DNA of 64,000 bases. Source: Eledone cirrhosa. Its lineage: Eukaryota. Under the pieces are notes generated by a model, which saw nothing but the letters and a program-made list of their open reading frames with translations, had not been told where the DNA came from and made no database searches. The DNA lies in the NCBI GenBank assembly GCA_964016885.1, contig OZ024744.1:79050001-79114000 (forward strand), read 5' to 3'. A program made the position numbers and the translations under genes. Within the stretch, counting starts at the first letter, position 1. The number at the start of each line of letters is the position of its first letter. Below are positions 11,285 through 25,600 of the stretch, in pieces.

Positions 11285-12935
11285 AATGGTTAGAGAGGCA
11301 GATCGAGATTGGTGAGCCAGACTAAGGTGTCATTTATAGTATTATAGATTGCCTGCAGGTCGCCGGGAAAACGCCTGAGGGGAAAATCCCGAACAATATG
11401 CAGCACTGTCTGGTCAGGCACCCCACAGTCGCATGCTGGGATGGCTTTCATTTTCTATTGATGGAGATGACGGGCAGTCCTGGCATGTGTTGTGTGGATC
11501 CGATTAAGGGACACGCATTGCTTTCTGGGAAGGTCAAAGCTACCTGGTTTAGATGTGGGGTCCTAGACGAAGTCTTGGTTGACAAGTTTGGACTTATTTC
11601 ATGATCTTCGCCATTCTACCTTCAGATTAAAGTCTTGAAAGGTTTTCATTGATTACCAGAATGGTTTGCATGATTTCAAGCGCATGTTGGGAGGTTTTCT
11701 AGGTCTTCATGGATGGGAAGGTCGGGCTTGGATTTGATAAGAAGTGCTGACGTGCGGATCATCTCCTGATGCTGCATGTGAGTAGGAGGTATATAAGAAA
11801 GGGTTGGCAGCCACCGAGTACTCTCGAGTCCCAAATAATAGGGGGTGATGGAATAAGTGTGGAGGGGGATCGGTCATTTTTCGAGATTGTCTCCGTTGAC
11901 TTTTTTAAAAACCAGAATTAGTCGTTTAGTTTACATATTGTGACCCCAACCCATCCTATTTATTTTATGGGATTTCTAGTAATGTACTTTTTTGGGGTCA
12001 TGTAGAATGTTTTTTAATGTATAAAGAAAATTAATTGTCGCAGGAATGCTACCACTTGCAATAAAATTTCGCCAGAGATAAATTAGCAAAATTTAATAAG
12101 CAGGGGTGGTCTGAAAAATTAATTAGCGAATGGGAGAAGGGGGCATTATTCGAGACCCGAGAGCAGTTGTAGATTTTCATTGTCGAGTTGAGAATGATGC
12201 TGGTGAACAGTACTCTGCAACGGAGTACGCAAGTGCTAAGCACGCAGTTCGGAGTGTGTGCGCGTCAGATCCCCCAGCTGTTTTCTGCAAACTTGCGAGT
12301 GGTATTAATCTTCGTCTTGAACATTCCGGCAACCCTCTTTAGGTGCTCTCGGTAGGTCAGTCTGCGATCCAATGTTACATCAAGATATTTTGTGTGTGAT
12401 TCATTTTTGACAGGTCTACCACAGAACGAGTCCTTGAGTTCCGTCCTAGTTTGTCTGATGCTGAGATGGAAGGCTGTCACAGTGTCTGGGCCGAAGGCAC
12501 CAATAGGAGTAGTAATCCTCTATCTTCTTCAGGTCTTCTATGAATGTAGCCAAAGTAAGGTCATCTGCGTATGCAAATTTCTTCACTCCCGTACATGTTA
12601 AACAGCAATGGTGCGAGGACGGTACTTTGGGGAAGGCCATTAATCAGGGTTCTAGTTGAACTTGTTTGACCTCCAAGTGACACTCTGAATCTTCTGTAAC
12701 TGAATATAGAGGCAATGGTGTTCACAGCTGCCTGGCTCTTGATGATACGACAGGCCTTCAGAAGGAGGCCGCGTCTCCATACAGTATCATATGCAGAAAA
12801 CAGGCTGATCAAAGCAGTCCATCATGAGACCCCGTCGGTAGTCAGCCTCGATGAAAGTGGTAAGGGCGAGGATTTGATCAGTGCAACTCATTTGAGATCT
12901 GAAGCCTGCTTACTCCTTCGGCAGGGTTGATTCTA
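11285..12935 (-). mobile_element. Decayed RTE-X/Ingi-like LINE (RT fragments plus 3' UTR), interrupted by a MITE
   Basis: AYDTVWRRGLLLK, GLPQSTVLAPLLFNMY, KKFAYADDLTLA, KYLDVTLDRRLTYREHL in shifted minus-strand frames. Confidence 0.8.
11821..12163. mobile_element. Non-autonomous TIR DNA transposon (MITE); second decayed copy at ~59830-60145
   Basis: TA|CTCTCGAGTCCCAAATAAT ... ATTATTCGAGACCCGAGAG|CA inverted termini; internal sequence recurs at 59.9-60.1 kb. Confidence 0.75.
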
Positions 12936-13935
12936 CTAAAAGACCAAGCCTAACCAAGAGGAGCCATTCTGGTAATTGAATCAGTCCCATTATATATATT
13001 TTTGCTGTGTTTTTTTAATTGACCTTGGAAGAATTTAAAGAAAGAAATGAACACACACACCCCCAAACAACAACAAAACAAAAACAACAACAAACTATTG
13101 TGTATTTAAACATAGAAATAGACAAAATCAAAGAAACTGTGATGTGGAGAATGGTAAAGAATCTAAAACCATTCTTCGGACACAAAATATTTGTTTCTAA
13201 AACAGGTATAAAGCCACAGAAATTCTGGAGAAGAGGAAAGTCGATTACATCAAGTACAGTATTTTACTGGTACTTTATTTTATCGGGCTACTCCACCAGA
13301 AGGATGAAAGGCAACGTTGACTTCGGCGTTTTTGAACTCCGAAACACTAAATATTAATTTCTACTATAGGCACAAGGTCAGCAATTTTGGAGGGGAAAGT
13401 CGATTAAATCGACCTCAGTGTATTACTGGTGCTTTATTTTATCGACCAGATAACACTAAATAATAACGATAAGAATAATAATCGTTTCTGGCTTAGGCAC
13501 AAGGCCACAACAATTTTTAAGGATTAAATCGATACCAGTGCATGACTGGTACTTTATTTTATCGACTCCGTAAGGATGAAAGGCAAAGTTAACCTCAGCG
13601 GGATTTGAACCTATTACCAAATAATAATTAATTTTAGATAGGAATGAATGAATAGATTTGAGAAGCAACTAGTTCTCTTGGACTCCGCTGTTCGTTATTT
13701 GCTAAACACTCAAAGGCAATATTTGATCGGCACTGTATTATTCCTGCTACTACACAGTGCTTCACGTTGCCAATATTATAGATAATAATAATGACAATTA
13801 CTAAAATTGCACCAGATGGCCAGAAAATCAAACTTCAGTATCTGACTGTTATATTATTTACAAATAATTATAATAATTTAAATTTTTTTTCTTTTTTTCG
13901 CCCAAATCTCTTGATACTTGCGAATTGCAGTGAAT

Positions 13936-13968
13936 CCGGAAGTCGGTTTCGTTCCGGAAGTTACGTCA
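13936..13968. promoter_or_regulatory. Candidate promoter: tandem ETS motifs plus CRE-like site
   Basis: CCGGAAGT at 13936-13943 and 13954-13961, TTACGTCA at 13961-13968, within a small CpG-retaining patch in unique sequence. Confidence 0.5.
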
Positions 13969-14959
13969 AGCATGTGTTTCTTTCCTCTATCATTCCACTC
14001 CTAATCTCCCCCTCCTCCTCTACTATCATCATCACACTCTAATGTGCTGCTGCTGCTTCTGCTAACTCCAGCATATACCGAAAGAAGAAAGAGAAAATAA
14101 TGTTATTAAACCTTTAGTATATATGTTGAAGTGTATTGACACTAATTACCAATACATCGATACCCGAATATTACTTTGGAACGTCCTATCAACCTGGTTA
14201 GTAACTTGTATTAACAATATTTTACCACCCACTGGTCCTTTCACTTATAAATGTATATAAATGGATCATATATGCATTCATTTTCTTTTCCGTTTATACA
14301 TACATTATTTAATAACATTTTCATTTTTGATATATGTACTAATGAATGTATATAAATCTACGAGATTGTACATATACACATACATATATGCACGTATACA
14401 TACACATATATATGTGTATATACATATCGATATGCTTATAATTGTGTGTATACATTTATATATGGTGTGTACTCATACAAAACACGTGTGTGTATATATA
14501 TAAAATCACATGTATGTAAACATACACACGCATATATGTACATATACTCGTGTAGATGTATGCATGTATACATATACTCATCTCTATGTATGCATATATA
14601 CACACATTCATATGCATATATACATACGCTTATGTGACTATGCATATATGCACACACTTGTGTGCATATGTAAGCATATATACATATGTATATATTATAT
14701 ATATATACATACACACACATGTATATAAAGACTGAAACTCTTGCTCTGGTGTGGTTTCTTCTCTGAAGAGCTTCTGTTCAGTCCAGCTCTTATGAGAGTT
14801 ACTTACCAGCACTAAGCATATATACACATATGTATAATATATATGTAAACATACTGACACATATGTATGTAAGCATCACACTGTCTGAGTGTGAGTGTAT
14901 CCGTGAAACATCTATGTATATATATGTAGGCATATATGCACATAGCCATCGTAGGCAAT

Positions 14960-15330
14960 CCGTCGTTTGTCGGCAATGATAATTTAGTCGAAATGTCGTG
15001 TTTCGTAGAATAAAAAAATGAATCGATCTCCCTTCACCTCCACTACCAACTGATTACGGTCCTCAGCTGCTGTGGTCCAGCTACAGGCATCTCTCAATCT
15101 CATGTTATGTTGAGCCGCATCCTTGTTTTTTGTTCGTACTAGATCACTGTTAAGTAGAATATTTTGGTGTTTTGGCTTTGTTCAAAGAATTTTGGACATA
15201 GCATCTAAGTCGATGGAGGTTTCACTGAACCAAATGTTTGTTAGAGAGTTTGTGTTGTTATTTTTCCTTTGGGAGGATGAGATCGTTACTGACCTTGTCT
15301 TTCCATGTGATATTTAGGATCATCTGTCTT
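14960..15330 (-). mobile_element. Old RTE-like LINE 3' fragment
   Basis: Minus translation ILNITWKDKVSNDLIL and SWTTAAEDRNQ, typical LINE C-terminal motifs. Confidence 0.55.
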
Positions 15331-15332
15331 CT

Positions 15333-15366
<34 letters not shown>

Positions 15367-17100
15367 GAAAGGTATAGAAAACATTGTAGCAAAAAGCCAG
15401 CAGTATTCCATAATATATAATATATATATATATATATATATAAAATAAATATATACACACACATATATGTGCATGTATGAATATTCGACGTACTTGTTTG
15501 GCTAATCATTTGATCGTGTGTTAAGAATTAAAATAATGATTACAAAATAGCCATTTAAACCAATCATATAGGCCTCCTGTTTATATCTACTTATGTTTCA
15601 TGTCCTAATATTATTATTTACAAAGTGTCAATTTCATCGGATACCAACGTCCTGGCTATTGGCACACACACACACACACCTATTATCCAGTTATTACACA
15701 TATATACATATGTATATTTACATTCTATGTGTATATATGTACTATATTAGAAATACGCACATAAATGAGTTTATGTGTGAATTATATATACGTATACATA
15801 CACACACACACACACATATATATGTATAAATATCGTATCCATGTGTATGCATTTGAAAATATTCTTTTACTTGTTTCAGTCATTAGACTGCGACCATTCT
15901 GAGGCACTGACTTAAGGAATTTAGTCAATCACATCAACCATAGCACTTATTTCACTCTGGTATATGTATGATCGATAAAGAGACACAACCTTGATCAAGC
16001 AGACCTTTTGATCGTAGGCATGGAAGCTGTGATTCCCTTGTCGTTTTAGTGCGATATCTAACGACTATATTATTCAATTTATTTAAATGTGAGATTTAAG
16101 TCAGATTTAGGTATTTAAAAAAAATGTTAGTACTTCTGGTCTCTTTTTATTATTTAATAACACACTCACATATATACACACGCGCACACACATTATATAT
16201 GTCTGTGTGTGTGTACATATGTATATATATATATATATATAGTTCGATTAAAAATTAAAAAAAATCTATCATACTGTAGTTAATAACCGAGTATGTTCTA
16301 GATACATAATGTCACACTTCGATATTTAAATAGTGTATCGAACACTGAACACTGTATTGTGGCTAACATCTCTCCGCCAAGATAAAATTGTTTTAGTTCC
16401 AACACAAATCACTTGACATATCTGTGTAGTTTGTGTGTGTGTACATACATACACACACACACATATATATAATGTGTGTGTATATAAATGTGTCTATATA
16501 TGTACCTATATCTATAGCATGTAGGATCAAAAGAGATCAATGTAGACACAAAATAGACATATGTTATGTATGTATTTATCTATATATGTAAATATATATA
16601 TACATATTTACATGTCGATATATGTATATGTGTAGAATTGACAGAGTCGTTATAACGGTTTAAATTCCACATTATTTGCTCCTAATCATTGTGTTTTAAG
16701 TTCAAATCCTGCCGAGGTTAACTTCGGGGTTCAACGAGAAAAGTACCTGTCTAGGGGCAGCGAATTGGCAGAATTGTTAAAAAGAAGGACGGGATGCTTT
16801 TCTGTATTCGATCTGTCTCTATGCATTCTGCGTTCAATTCCTGTCTCCTTTTACCAAGAATTGTGACTAACAAATAGTATTAACATTGGAAAGACCGAAA
16901 CATTGTTTCTTTGTCCAATTTGATGATTGGCTTAAATATATGTATCAGCTCAACGTTATCATCTGTTTACGTCTATTTTTCATGCTTGCATGTTTGTTTG
17001 TGTGTGTGTGTGTGTGTCTGTACAAATGTAACATTAAATATGTTTGAATTATGTGCTTCTCAATAAATTAGTTCAATAGACAATATCCAGATCTACTTTT

Positions 17101-17153
<53 letters not shown>

Positions 17154-17235
17154 GGAGGTGAGTTTTATTGTAGTACAATAAAGCAATGCAGATATCGGAT
17201 AAGAAGCACTCTACAGTTTGTAGGACTGGAGTATA

Positions 17236-17328
<93 letters not shown>

Positions 17329-17395
17329 CTGCACTTTCTGATTGCATTCGTTGGCTTAGCTGCAGCTCGAGCTTCGACTATGCTGTACTTCCATT

Positions 17396-17433
<38 letters not shown>

Positions 17434-18174
17434 AATGTATATTATGTGACAACCACTTTATGCTAGATCTGTATGGGAAATGGTAATTTGATATCTTCCC
17501 TACCACTCTTTCACTGTCACAGTGTTGACAAGATGATCATCAGTGGGAACAATAGCTTTCTAGAGCTACCTATCTGTGTATTTCCCTCTACTGACAATAA
17601 AAAAGCAACATTTATATGTGTACCTCCTACCTAGCTCTCTATTCGTCTCTCAGGCTGTCTATCTATCCTATCTATCTACCTGCTTAACTGTCTATCTACT
17701 GACATATTTGTATATCTATCTGTCTGACTGTCTATATATCTACTTATCAATACTCTGTCTGACTGTCAGTCTATAGTTATCTGTTTATGTATATTTACCA
17801 ATGTATCTTCAGACAAGGAGAACAACAACAAAGTGCAAATCCCAATAGAAGTCCAAAGATAGATACATATATAGATAGATAAAAGTCATCGTAATTTAGT
17901 ACATACAGGTTTGATAATGATTAAAGAAAATACACAAGAAAATTATTGTAATTGATTTAAATCAATGTAAAATGGAATATGGCAATGGCCTGAGTGACAA
18001 GAGGGAGAAGGTCAAGGAAAATCGACGATTCAAACTACTTTACATAGAATGTTGTAATCATGGAATTTAGTCAAATATTTTTTACTATAAACCCTGTCAT
18101 TTTTGGAAGGTACTATACTAGTACACGCACACATATATATATATATTGGTGATCCAACAGTAACTTGATATTAC

Positions 18175-18251
<77 letters not shown>

Positions 18252-18253
<2 letters not shown>

Positions 18254-18594
18254 CACATGGCTTAGTGGTTAGAGCATTGGCCTTGCAATCGAAAGGTTGT
18301 GAGTTCAATTCTCAGACCGGGTGATGTGTTGTTTCCTTGAGCAAGACACTTTATTTCACATTGCTCCAGTTTACTCAGCTGTAGAAATGAGATGATAGGG
18401 ACTGGGGTCCCTATCATTCCACTGCAAAGTGGTCGTGGAGGTGCCACGGAAAAAAAGTACCCAGCACTCACTGTAAATGAGGTTGGTGTTAGGAAGGGCA
18501 TCCAGCTGTAGAAATCAAGCCAGAATCAGTTCCTGTCCCACCCTTGCAAGCAGGGAAAAGCGGACGTAAAATGAAATGATGATGATGATGATGA
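18252..18594 (+). mobile_element. tRNA-derived SINE family B (Deu/Nin-like core, RTE-derived body and tail); also in both arms of the 55 kb palindrome
   Basis: A box tggcttagtggttag, B box gagttcaattc, core tccttgagcaagacactttat, tail cccacccttgcaagcagggaaaagcggacgtaaaa(tga)n nearly identical to the RTE 3' end at ~34120-34170. Confidence 0.85.
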
Positions 18595-19019
18595 TATACC
18601 CAGTCTAACCTGTCTGTTGGTTGTTTTGGTGCCACAATAAATAGCACCCAGTCTACAAAGTAAATGAGGTTGGCATTAGGAAGGACATCCAGCAGTAGAA
18701 ACCAAGCCAGAAACAGTTCTGCATGAGCAAGATAAGGTCACCTAATCTGACATGTCTCAATGGGATAACTCGTGTAACCCGTGCTAGGTGCACATCCCGT
18801 GGTCGTTCGTGACAGAAGGCAGTCTTTACCCATTACCCTTTTACCTGGTGTTGCCTGTGTAAGAGATGATTTAGTCACCAGACAATTTCTTAGCATGTAA
18901 TAATTACAATTCTGCATAAATGTATTATTTGAAGCAAGTTTATATTGAGCATGTGTGTGTGTGTGTGTTCTTGCTGTTGACCTATAATGTAGTAGTTAGA
19001 CATATTAAGTTAAAAATGT

Positions 19020-19340
19020 ATACACCCAGCCCACACTGTAAAGTGGTCGTGATGGTGTCATGACAAAAAGCACTCAGTCCACACTGTAAAGTGGTCGTGT
19101 AGGTGCCACGGCAAAAAAGCACCCAGCCCACACTGTAAAGTGGTCGTGTAGGTGTCACTACAAAAAGCACCCAGTACTCACTGTAAATAAGGTTGGCGCT
19201 AGGAAGGGCATCCAGCTGTAGAAATCAAGCCAGAATCGGTTCTGTATGAGCAAGACATGGTTACCTGACCTGGCTTTCCTCACAACAGGATAACTTGTCT
19301 AACCCATGCCAATGTGGACAAATTGACATTAAATGGTGAT
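19020..19340 (+). mobile_element. Headless RTE-derived non-autonomous element with internal ~49 bp tandem units; relatives at ~3470-3640, 4300-4550, 18640-18785, 46220-46500, 50520-50790
   Basis: Repeated aaaaagcacccagcccacactgtaaagtggtcgtg units, then ggcgctaggaagggcatccagctgtagaaa and an aacccatgcca..tgatgat tail. Confidence 0.65.
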
Positions 19341-19659
19341 CATGATGATCAGTAAGGGTTGGCATTGATAAGATCGCTGAAACTGTATGCCCACAGAGAG
19401 GTGGAATGATTGAAACCAAATCATTGAAAGATCTGATTAATTTACATAGAATTTGAAGTTGGTGAAAAATTGTCAAAATATTAATCCACAAATATAGTCG
19501 GAACTTCCCTCCCCCTCTCACTTCTACCATCGATCTTTGGGGGCACATATTCCTTGGGTATGGCAGAAGTAACTGGGCGAGTAGTCAAAGAGACACGTTG
19601 AATTGGAGTGAGGAGTTTGAGATAGAGATAGAAGTAACAGGAGAGAGTGAGTTGGAGGG

Positions 19660-22600
19660 AGTAATATATGAAAGGTAGGGAGAGTATGATGGAAGATATA
19701 GTGTTGCTGGGAGGGGAGTGATAGATGAGAGGTAGGAAGAGTATGATGGGAGATATAGTGTTGGGGGAGGGGAGTGATAGATGAGAGGTAGTGAGAGTAT
19801 GATGGGAGATATAGTGTTGGGGGAGTGATAGATGAAAGGTAGGGAGAGTATGATGGGAGATATAGTGTTGGGGGAGTGATAGATGAGAGGTAGGGAGAGT
19901 ATGATGGGAGATATAGTGTTGGGGGAGTGATAGATGAGAGGTAGGGAGAGTATGATGGGAGATATAGTGTTGGGGGAGTGATAGATGAGAGGTAGGGAGA
20001 GTATGATGGGAGATATAGTGTTGGGGGAGTGATAGATGAAAGGTAGGAAGAGTCTGATGGGAGATATAGTGTTGGGGGAGGGGAGTGGTAGATGAGAGGT
20101 GGGGAGAGTATGATGGGAGATATAGTGTTGGGGGGAGTGATAGATGTGAGGTAGGGAGAGTATGATGGGAGATATAATGTTGGGGGGGAGTGATAGATGA
20201 GAGGGAGTGAGAGTATGATGGGAGATATAGTGTTGGGGGAGGGGAGTGATAGATGAGAGGTAGGGAGAGTATGATGGGAGATATAGTGTTGGAGGAGGGG
20301 AGTGATAGGTGAGAGGTAGTGAGAGAGTATGATGGGAGATATAGTGTTGGGGGAGGGGAGTGGTAGATGAGAGGTAGTGAGAGTATGATGGGAGATATAG
20401 TGTTGGGGGGGAGTGATAGATGAGAGGTAGGGAGAGTATGATGGGAGATATAGTGTTGGGGGAGTGATAGATGAGAGGTAGGGAGAGTATGATGGGAGAT
20501 ATAGTGTTGGGGGAGTGATAGATGAGAGGTAGTGAGAGTATGATGGGAGATATAGTGTTGGGGGAGGGGAGTGATAGATGAGAGGTAGTGAGAGTATGAT
20601 GGGAGATATAGTGTTGGGGGGAGTGATAGATGTGAGGTAGGGAGAGTATGATGGGAGATATAGTGTTGGGGGAGGGGAGTGATAGATGAGAGGTAGTGAG
20701 AGTATGATGGGAGATATAGTGTTGGGGGAGGGGAGTGATAGATGAGAGGTAGTGAGAGTATGATGGGAGATATAGTGTTGGGGGAGGGGAGTGATAGATG
20801 AGAGGTAGTGAGAGTATGATGGGAGATATAGTGTTGGGGGAGGGGAGTGATAGATGAGAGGTAGTGAGAGTATGATGGGAGATATAGTGTTGGGGGAGGG
20901 GAGTGATAGATGAGAGGTAGTGAGAGTATGATGGGAGATATAGTGTTGGGGGAGGGGAGTGATAGATGAGAGGTAGTGAGAGTATGATGGGAGATATAGT
21001 GTTGGGGGAGGGGAGTGATAGATGAGAGGTAGTGAGAGTATGATGGGAGATATAGTGTTGGGGGAGGGGAGTGATAGATGAGAGGTAGTGAGAGTATGAT
21101 GGGAGATATAGTGTTGTGGGAGTGATAGATGAGAGGTAGTGAGAGTGTGATGGGAGATATAGTGTTGGGGGAGGGGAGTGATAGATGAGAGGTAGTGAGA
21201 GTGTGATGGGAGATATAGTGTTGGGGGGGAGTGATAGATGAGAGGTAGGGAGAGTATGATGGGAGATATAGTGTTGGGGGAGGGGAGTGATAGATGAGAG
21301 GTAGGGAGAGTATGATGGGAGATATAGTGTTGGAGGGAGGGGAGTGATAGATGAGAGGTAGTGAGAGTATGATGGGAGATATAGTGTTGGAGGGAGGGGA
21401 GTGATAGATGAGAGGGAGTGAGAGTATGATGGGAGATATAGTGTTGGAGGGAGGGGAGTGATAGATGAGAGGGAGTGAGAGTATGATGGAGATATAGTGT
21501 TGGGGAGGGGAAGTGATAGATGAGAGGTAGTGAGAGTATGATGGGAGATATAGTGTTGGGGGAGGGGAGTGATAGATGAGAGGTAGGGAGAGTATGATGG
21601 GAGATATAGTGTTGGGGGAGGGGAGTGATAGATGAGAGGTAGGAGAGTATGATGGGAGATATAGTGTTGGGGGAGTGATAGATGAGAGGTAGTGAGAGTA
21701 TGATGGGAGATATAGTGTTGGGGGAGGGGAGTGATAGATGAGAGGTAGGGAGAGTATGATGGGAGATATAGTGTTGGGGGAGTGATAGATGAGAGGTAGT
21801 GAGAGTATGATGGGAGATATAGTGTTGGGGGAGGGGAGTGATAGATGAGAGGTAGTGACGGTATGATGGGAGATATAGTGTTGGGGGAGTGATAGATGAG
21901 AGGTAGTGAGAGTATGATGGGAGATATAGTGTTGGGGGAGGGGAGTGATAGATGAGAGGTAGTGAGAGTATGATGGGAGATATAGTGTTGGGGGAGGGGA
22001 GTGATAGATGAGAGGTAGTGAGAGTATGATGGGAGATATAGTGTTGGGGGAGGGGAGTGATAGATGAGAGGTAGTGACAGTATGATGGGAGATATAGTGT
22101 TGGGGGAGGGGAGTGATAGATGAGAGGTAGGGAGAGTATGATGGGAGATATAGTGTTGGGGGGAGTGATAGATGAGAGGTAGGGAGAGTTTGATGGGAGA
22201 TATAGTGTTGGGGGAGGGGAGTGATAGATGAGAGGTAGTGAGAGTATGATGGGAGATATAGTGTTGGGGGAGGGGAGTGATAGATGAGAGGTAGGGAGAG
22301 TATGATGGGAGATATAGTGTTGGGGGAGGGGAGTGATAGATGAGAGGTAGAGAGAGTGTGATGGGAGATATAGTGTTGGGGGAGTGATAGATGAGAGGTA
22401 GGAAGAGTATGATGGGAGATATAGTGTTGGGGGAGTGATAGATGAGAGGTAGGGAGAGTATGATGGGAGATATAGTGTTGGGGGAGGGGAGTGATAGATG
22501 AGAGGTAGGAAGAGTATGATGGGAGATATAGTGTTGGGGAGAGGGGAGTGATAGATGAGAGGTAGGGAGGAGTATGATGGGAGATATAGTGTTGGGGGAG

Positions 22601-25600
22601 GGGAGTGATAGATGAGAGGTAGTGAGAGTATGATGGGAGATATAGTGTTGGGGAGGGGAGTGATAGATGAGAGGTAAGTGAGAGTGTGATGGGAGATATA
22701 GTGTTGGGGAGGGGAGTGATAGATGAGAGGTAGTGAGAGTGTGATGGAGATATAGTGTTGGGGGAGTGATAGATGAGAGGTAGGAAGAGTATGATGGGAG
22801 ATATAGTGTTGGGGGAGGGGAGTGATAGATGAGAGGTAGGAAGAGTATGATGGGAGATATAGTGTTGGGGGAGGGGAGTGATAGATGAGAGGTAGTGAGA
22901 GTATGATGGGAGATATAGTGTTGGGGAGGGGAGTGATAGATGAGAGGTAGTGAGAGTGTGATGGGAGATATAGTGTTGGGGAGGGGAGTGTTGATAGATG
23001 AGAGGTAGTGAGAGTGTGATGGGAGATATAGTGTTGGGGGAGTGATAGATGAGAGGTAGGAAGAGTATGATGGGAGATATAGTGTTGGGGGAGGGGAGTG
23101 ATAGATGAGAGGTAGTGAGAGTATGATGGGAGATATAGTGTTGGGGGGAGTGATAGATGAGAGGTAGGGAGAGTATGATGGGAGATATAGTGTTGGGGGA
23201 GTGATAGATGAGAGGTAGTGAGAGTGTGATGGGAGATATAGTGTAGGGGGAGTGATAGATGAGAGGTAGTGAGAGTGTGATGGGAGATATAGTGTTGGGG
23301 GAGGGGAGTGATAGATGAGAGGTAGTGAGAGTATGATGGGAGATATAGTGTTGGGGAGGGGAGTGATAGATGAGATGTAGTGAGAGAATGATGAGAGATA
23401 TAGTGTTGGGGGAGGGGAGTGATAGATGAGAGGTAGTGAGAGTGTGATGGGAGATATAGTGTTGGGGAGGGGAGTGATAGATGAGAGGTAGTGAGAGTGT
23501 GATGGGAGATATAGTGTTGGGGAGGGGAGTGATAGATGAGAGGTAGGAAGAGTATGATGGGAGATATAGTGTTGGAGGAGGGGAGTGATAGATGAGAGGT
23601 AGGAAGAGTATGATGGGAGATATAGTGTTGGGGGAGGGAGTGATAGATGAGAGGTAGGGAGAGTATGATGGGAGATATAGTGTTGGGGGAGTGATAGATG
23701 AGAGGTAGGGAGAGTATGATGGGAGATATAGTGTTGGGGAGGGAGTGATAGATGAGAGGTAGGAGAGAGTATGATGGGAGATATAGTGTTGGGGGAGTGA
23801 TAGATGAGAGGTAGGAGAGTATGATGGGAGATATAGTGTTGGGGGAGTGATAGATGAGAGGTAGGGAGAGTATGATGGGAGATATAGTGTTGGGGGAGGG
23901 GTGTGATAGATGAGAGTAGGAAGAGTATGATGGGAGATATAGTGTTGGGGGAGGGAGTGATAGATGAGAGGTAGGGAGAGTATGATGGGAGATATAGTGT
24001 TGGGGGAGTGATAGATGAGAGGTAGGGAGAGTATGATGGGAGATATAGTGTTGGGGAGACCGTGATAGATGAGAGGAAGTGAGAGTGTGATGGGAGATAT
24101 AGTGTTGGGGGAGTGATAGATGAGAGGTAGGGAGAGTATGATGGGAGATATAGTGTTGGGGGAGGGGAGTGATAGATGAGAGGTAGTGAGAGTATGATGG
24201 GAGATATAGTGTTGGGGGAGGGGAGTGATAGATGAGAGGTAGTGAGAGTATGATGGGAGATATAGTGTTGGGGGGAGGGGTGTGATAGATGAGAGGTAGG
24301 GAGAGTATGATGGGAGATATAGTGTTGTGGGAGGGGAGTGATAGATGAGAGGTAGGAGAGTATGATGGGAGATATAGTGTTGTGGGAGGGGAGTGATAGA
24401 TGAGAGGTAGTGAGAGAATGATGGAGATATAGTGTTGGGGGGAGTGATAGATGAGAGGTAGTGGGAGTATGATGGGAGATATAGTGTTGTGGGAGGGAGT
24501 GATAGATGAGAGGTAGGGAGAGTATGATGGGAGATATAGTGTTGGGGGAGGGGATTTACAGATGAGAGGTAGGAGAGTATGATGGGAGATATAGTGTTGG
24601 GGGAGGGGAGTGATAGATGAGAGGTAGTGAGAGTATGATGGGAGATATAGTGTTGTGGAGGGGAGTGATAGATGAGAGGTAGGGAGAGTATGATGGGAGA
24701 TATAGTGTTGGGGGAGGGGATTTACAGATGAGAGGTAGGGAGAGTATGATGGGAGATATAGTGTTGGGGGAGGGGAGTGATAGATGAGAGGTAGTGAGAG
24801 TATGATGGGAGATATAGTGTTGGGGGGAGTGATAGATGAGAGGTAGGGAGAGTATGATGGGAGATATAGTGTTGGGGGAGTGATAGATGAGAGGTAGGGA
24901 GAGTATGATGGGAGATATAGTGTTGGGGGAGTGATAGATGAGAGGTAGGGAGAGTATGATGGGAGATATAGTGTTGGGGGAGGGGAGTGAGATAGATGAG
25001 AGGTAGTGAGAGTATGATGGGAGATATAGTGTTGGGGGATGATAGATGAGAGGTAGGGAGAGTATGATGGGAGATATAGTGTTGGGGGAGTGATAGATGA
25101 GAGGTAGGGAGAGTATGATGGGAGATATAGTGTTGGGGGAGTGATAGATGAGAGGTAGTGAGAGTATGATGGGAGATATAGTGTTGGGGGAGGGGAGTGA
25201 TAGATGAGAGGTAGTGAGAGTATGATGGGAGATATAGTGTGGGGGAGGGGAGTGATAGATGAGAGGTAGTGAGAGTATGATGGGAGATATAGTGTTGGGG
25301 GAGGGGAGTGATAGATGAGAGGTAGTGAGAGTATGATGGGAGATATAGTGTTGGGGGAGTGATAGATGAGAGGTAGGGAGAGTATGATGGGAGATATAGT
25401 GTTGGGGGAGTGATAGATGAGAGGTAGGGAGAGTATGATGGGAGATATAGTGTTGGGGGAGTGATAGATGAGAGGTAGTGAGAGTATGAGGGAGATATAG
25501 TGTTGGGGGAGGGGAGTGATAGATGAGAGGTAGTGAGAGTATGATGGGAGATATAGTGTTGGGGGAGGGGAGTGATAGATGAGAGGTAGTGAGAGTATGA

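Noticed and set aside
14755-14800. CTGAAGAG...CTC hammerhead-like half motif
   Set aside because: GAAA box is missing, so at best a dead remnant.
18252-18325. tRNA gene candidates at SINE heads
   Set aside because: A/B boxes are present, but they continue into SINE cores and tails and lack a clean cloverleaf.
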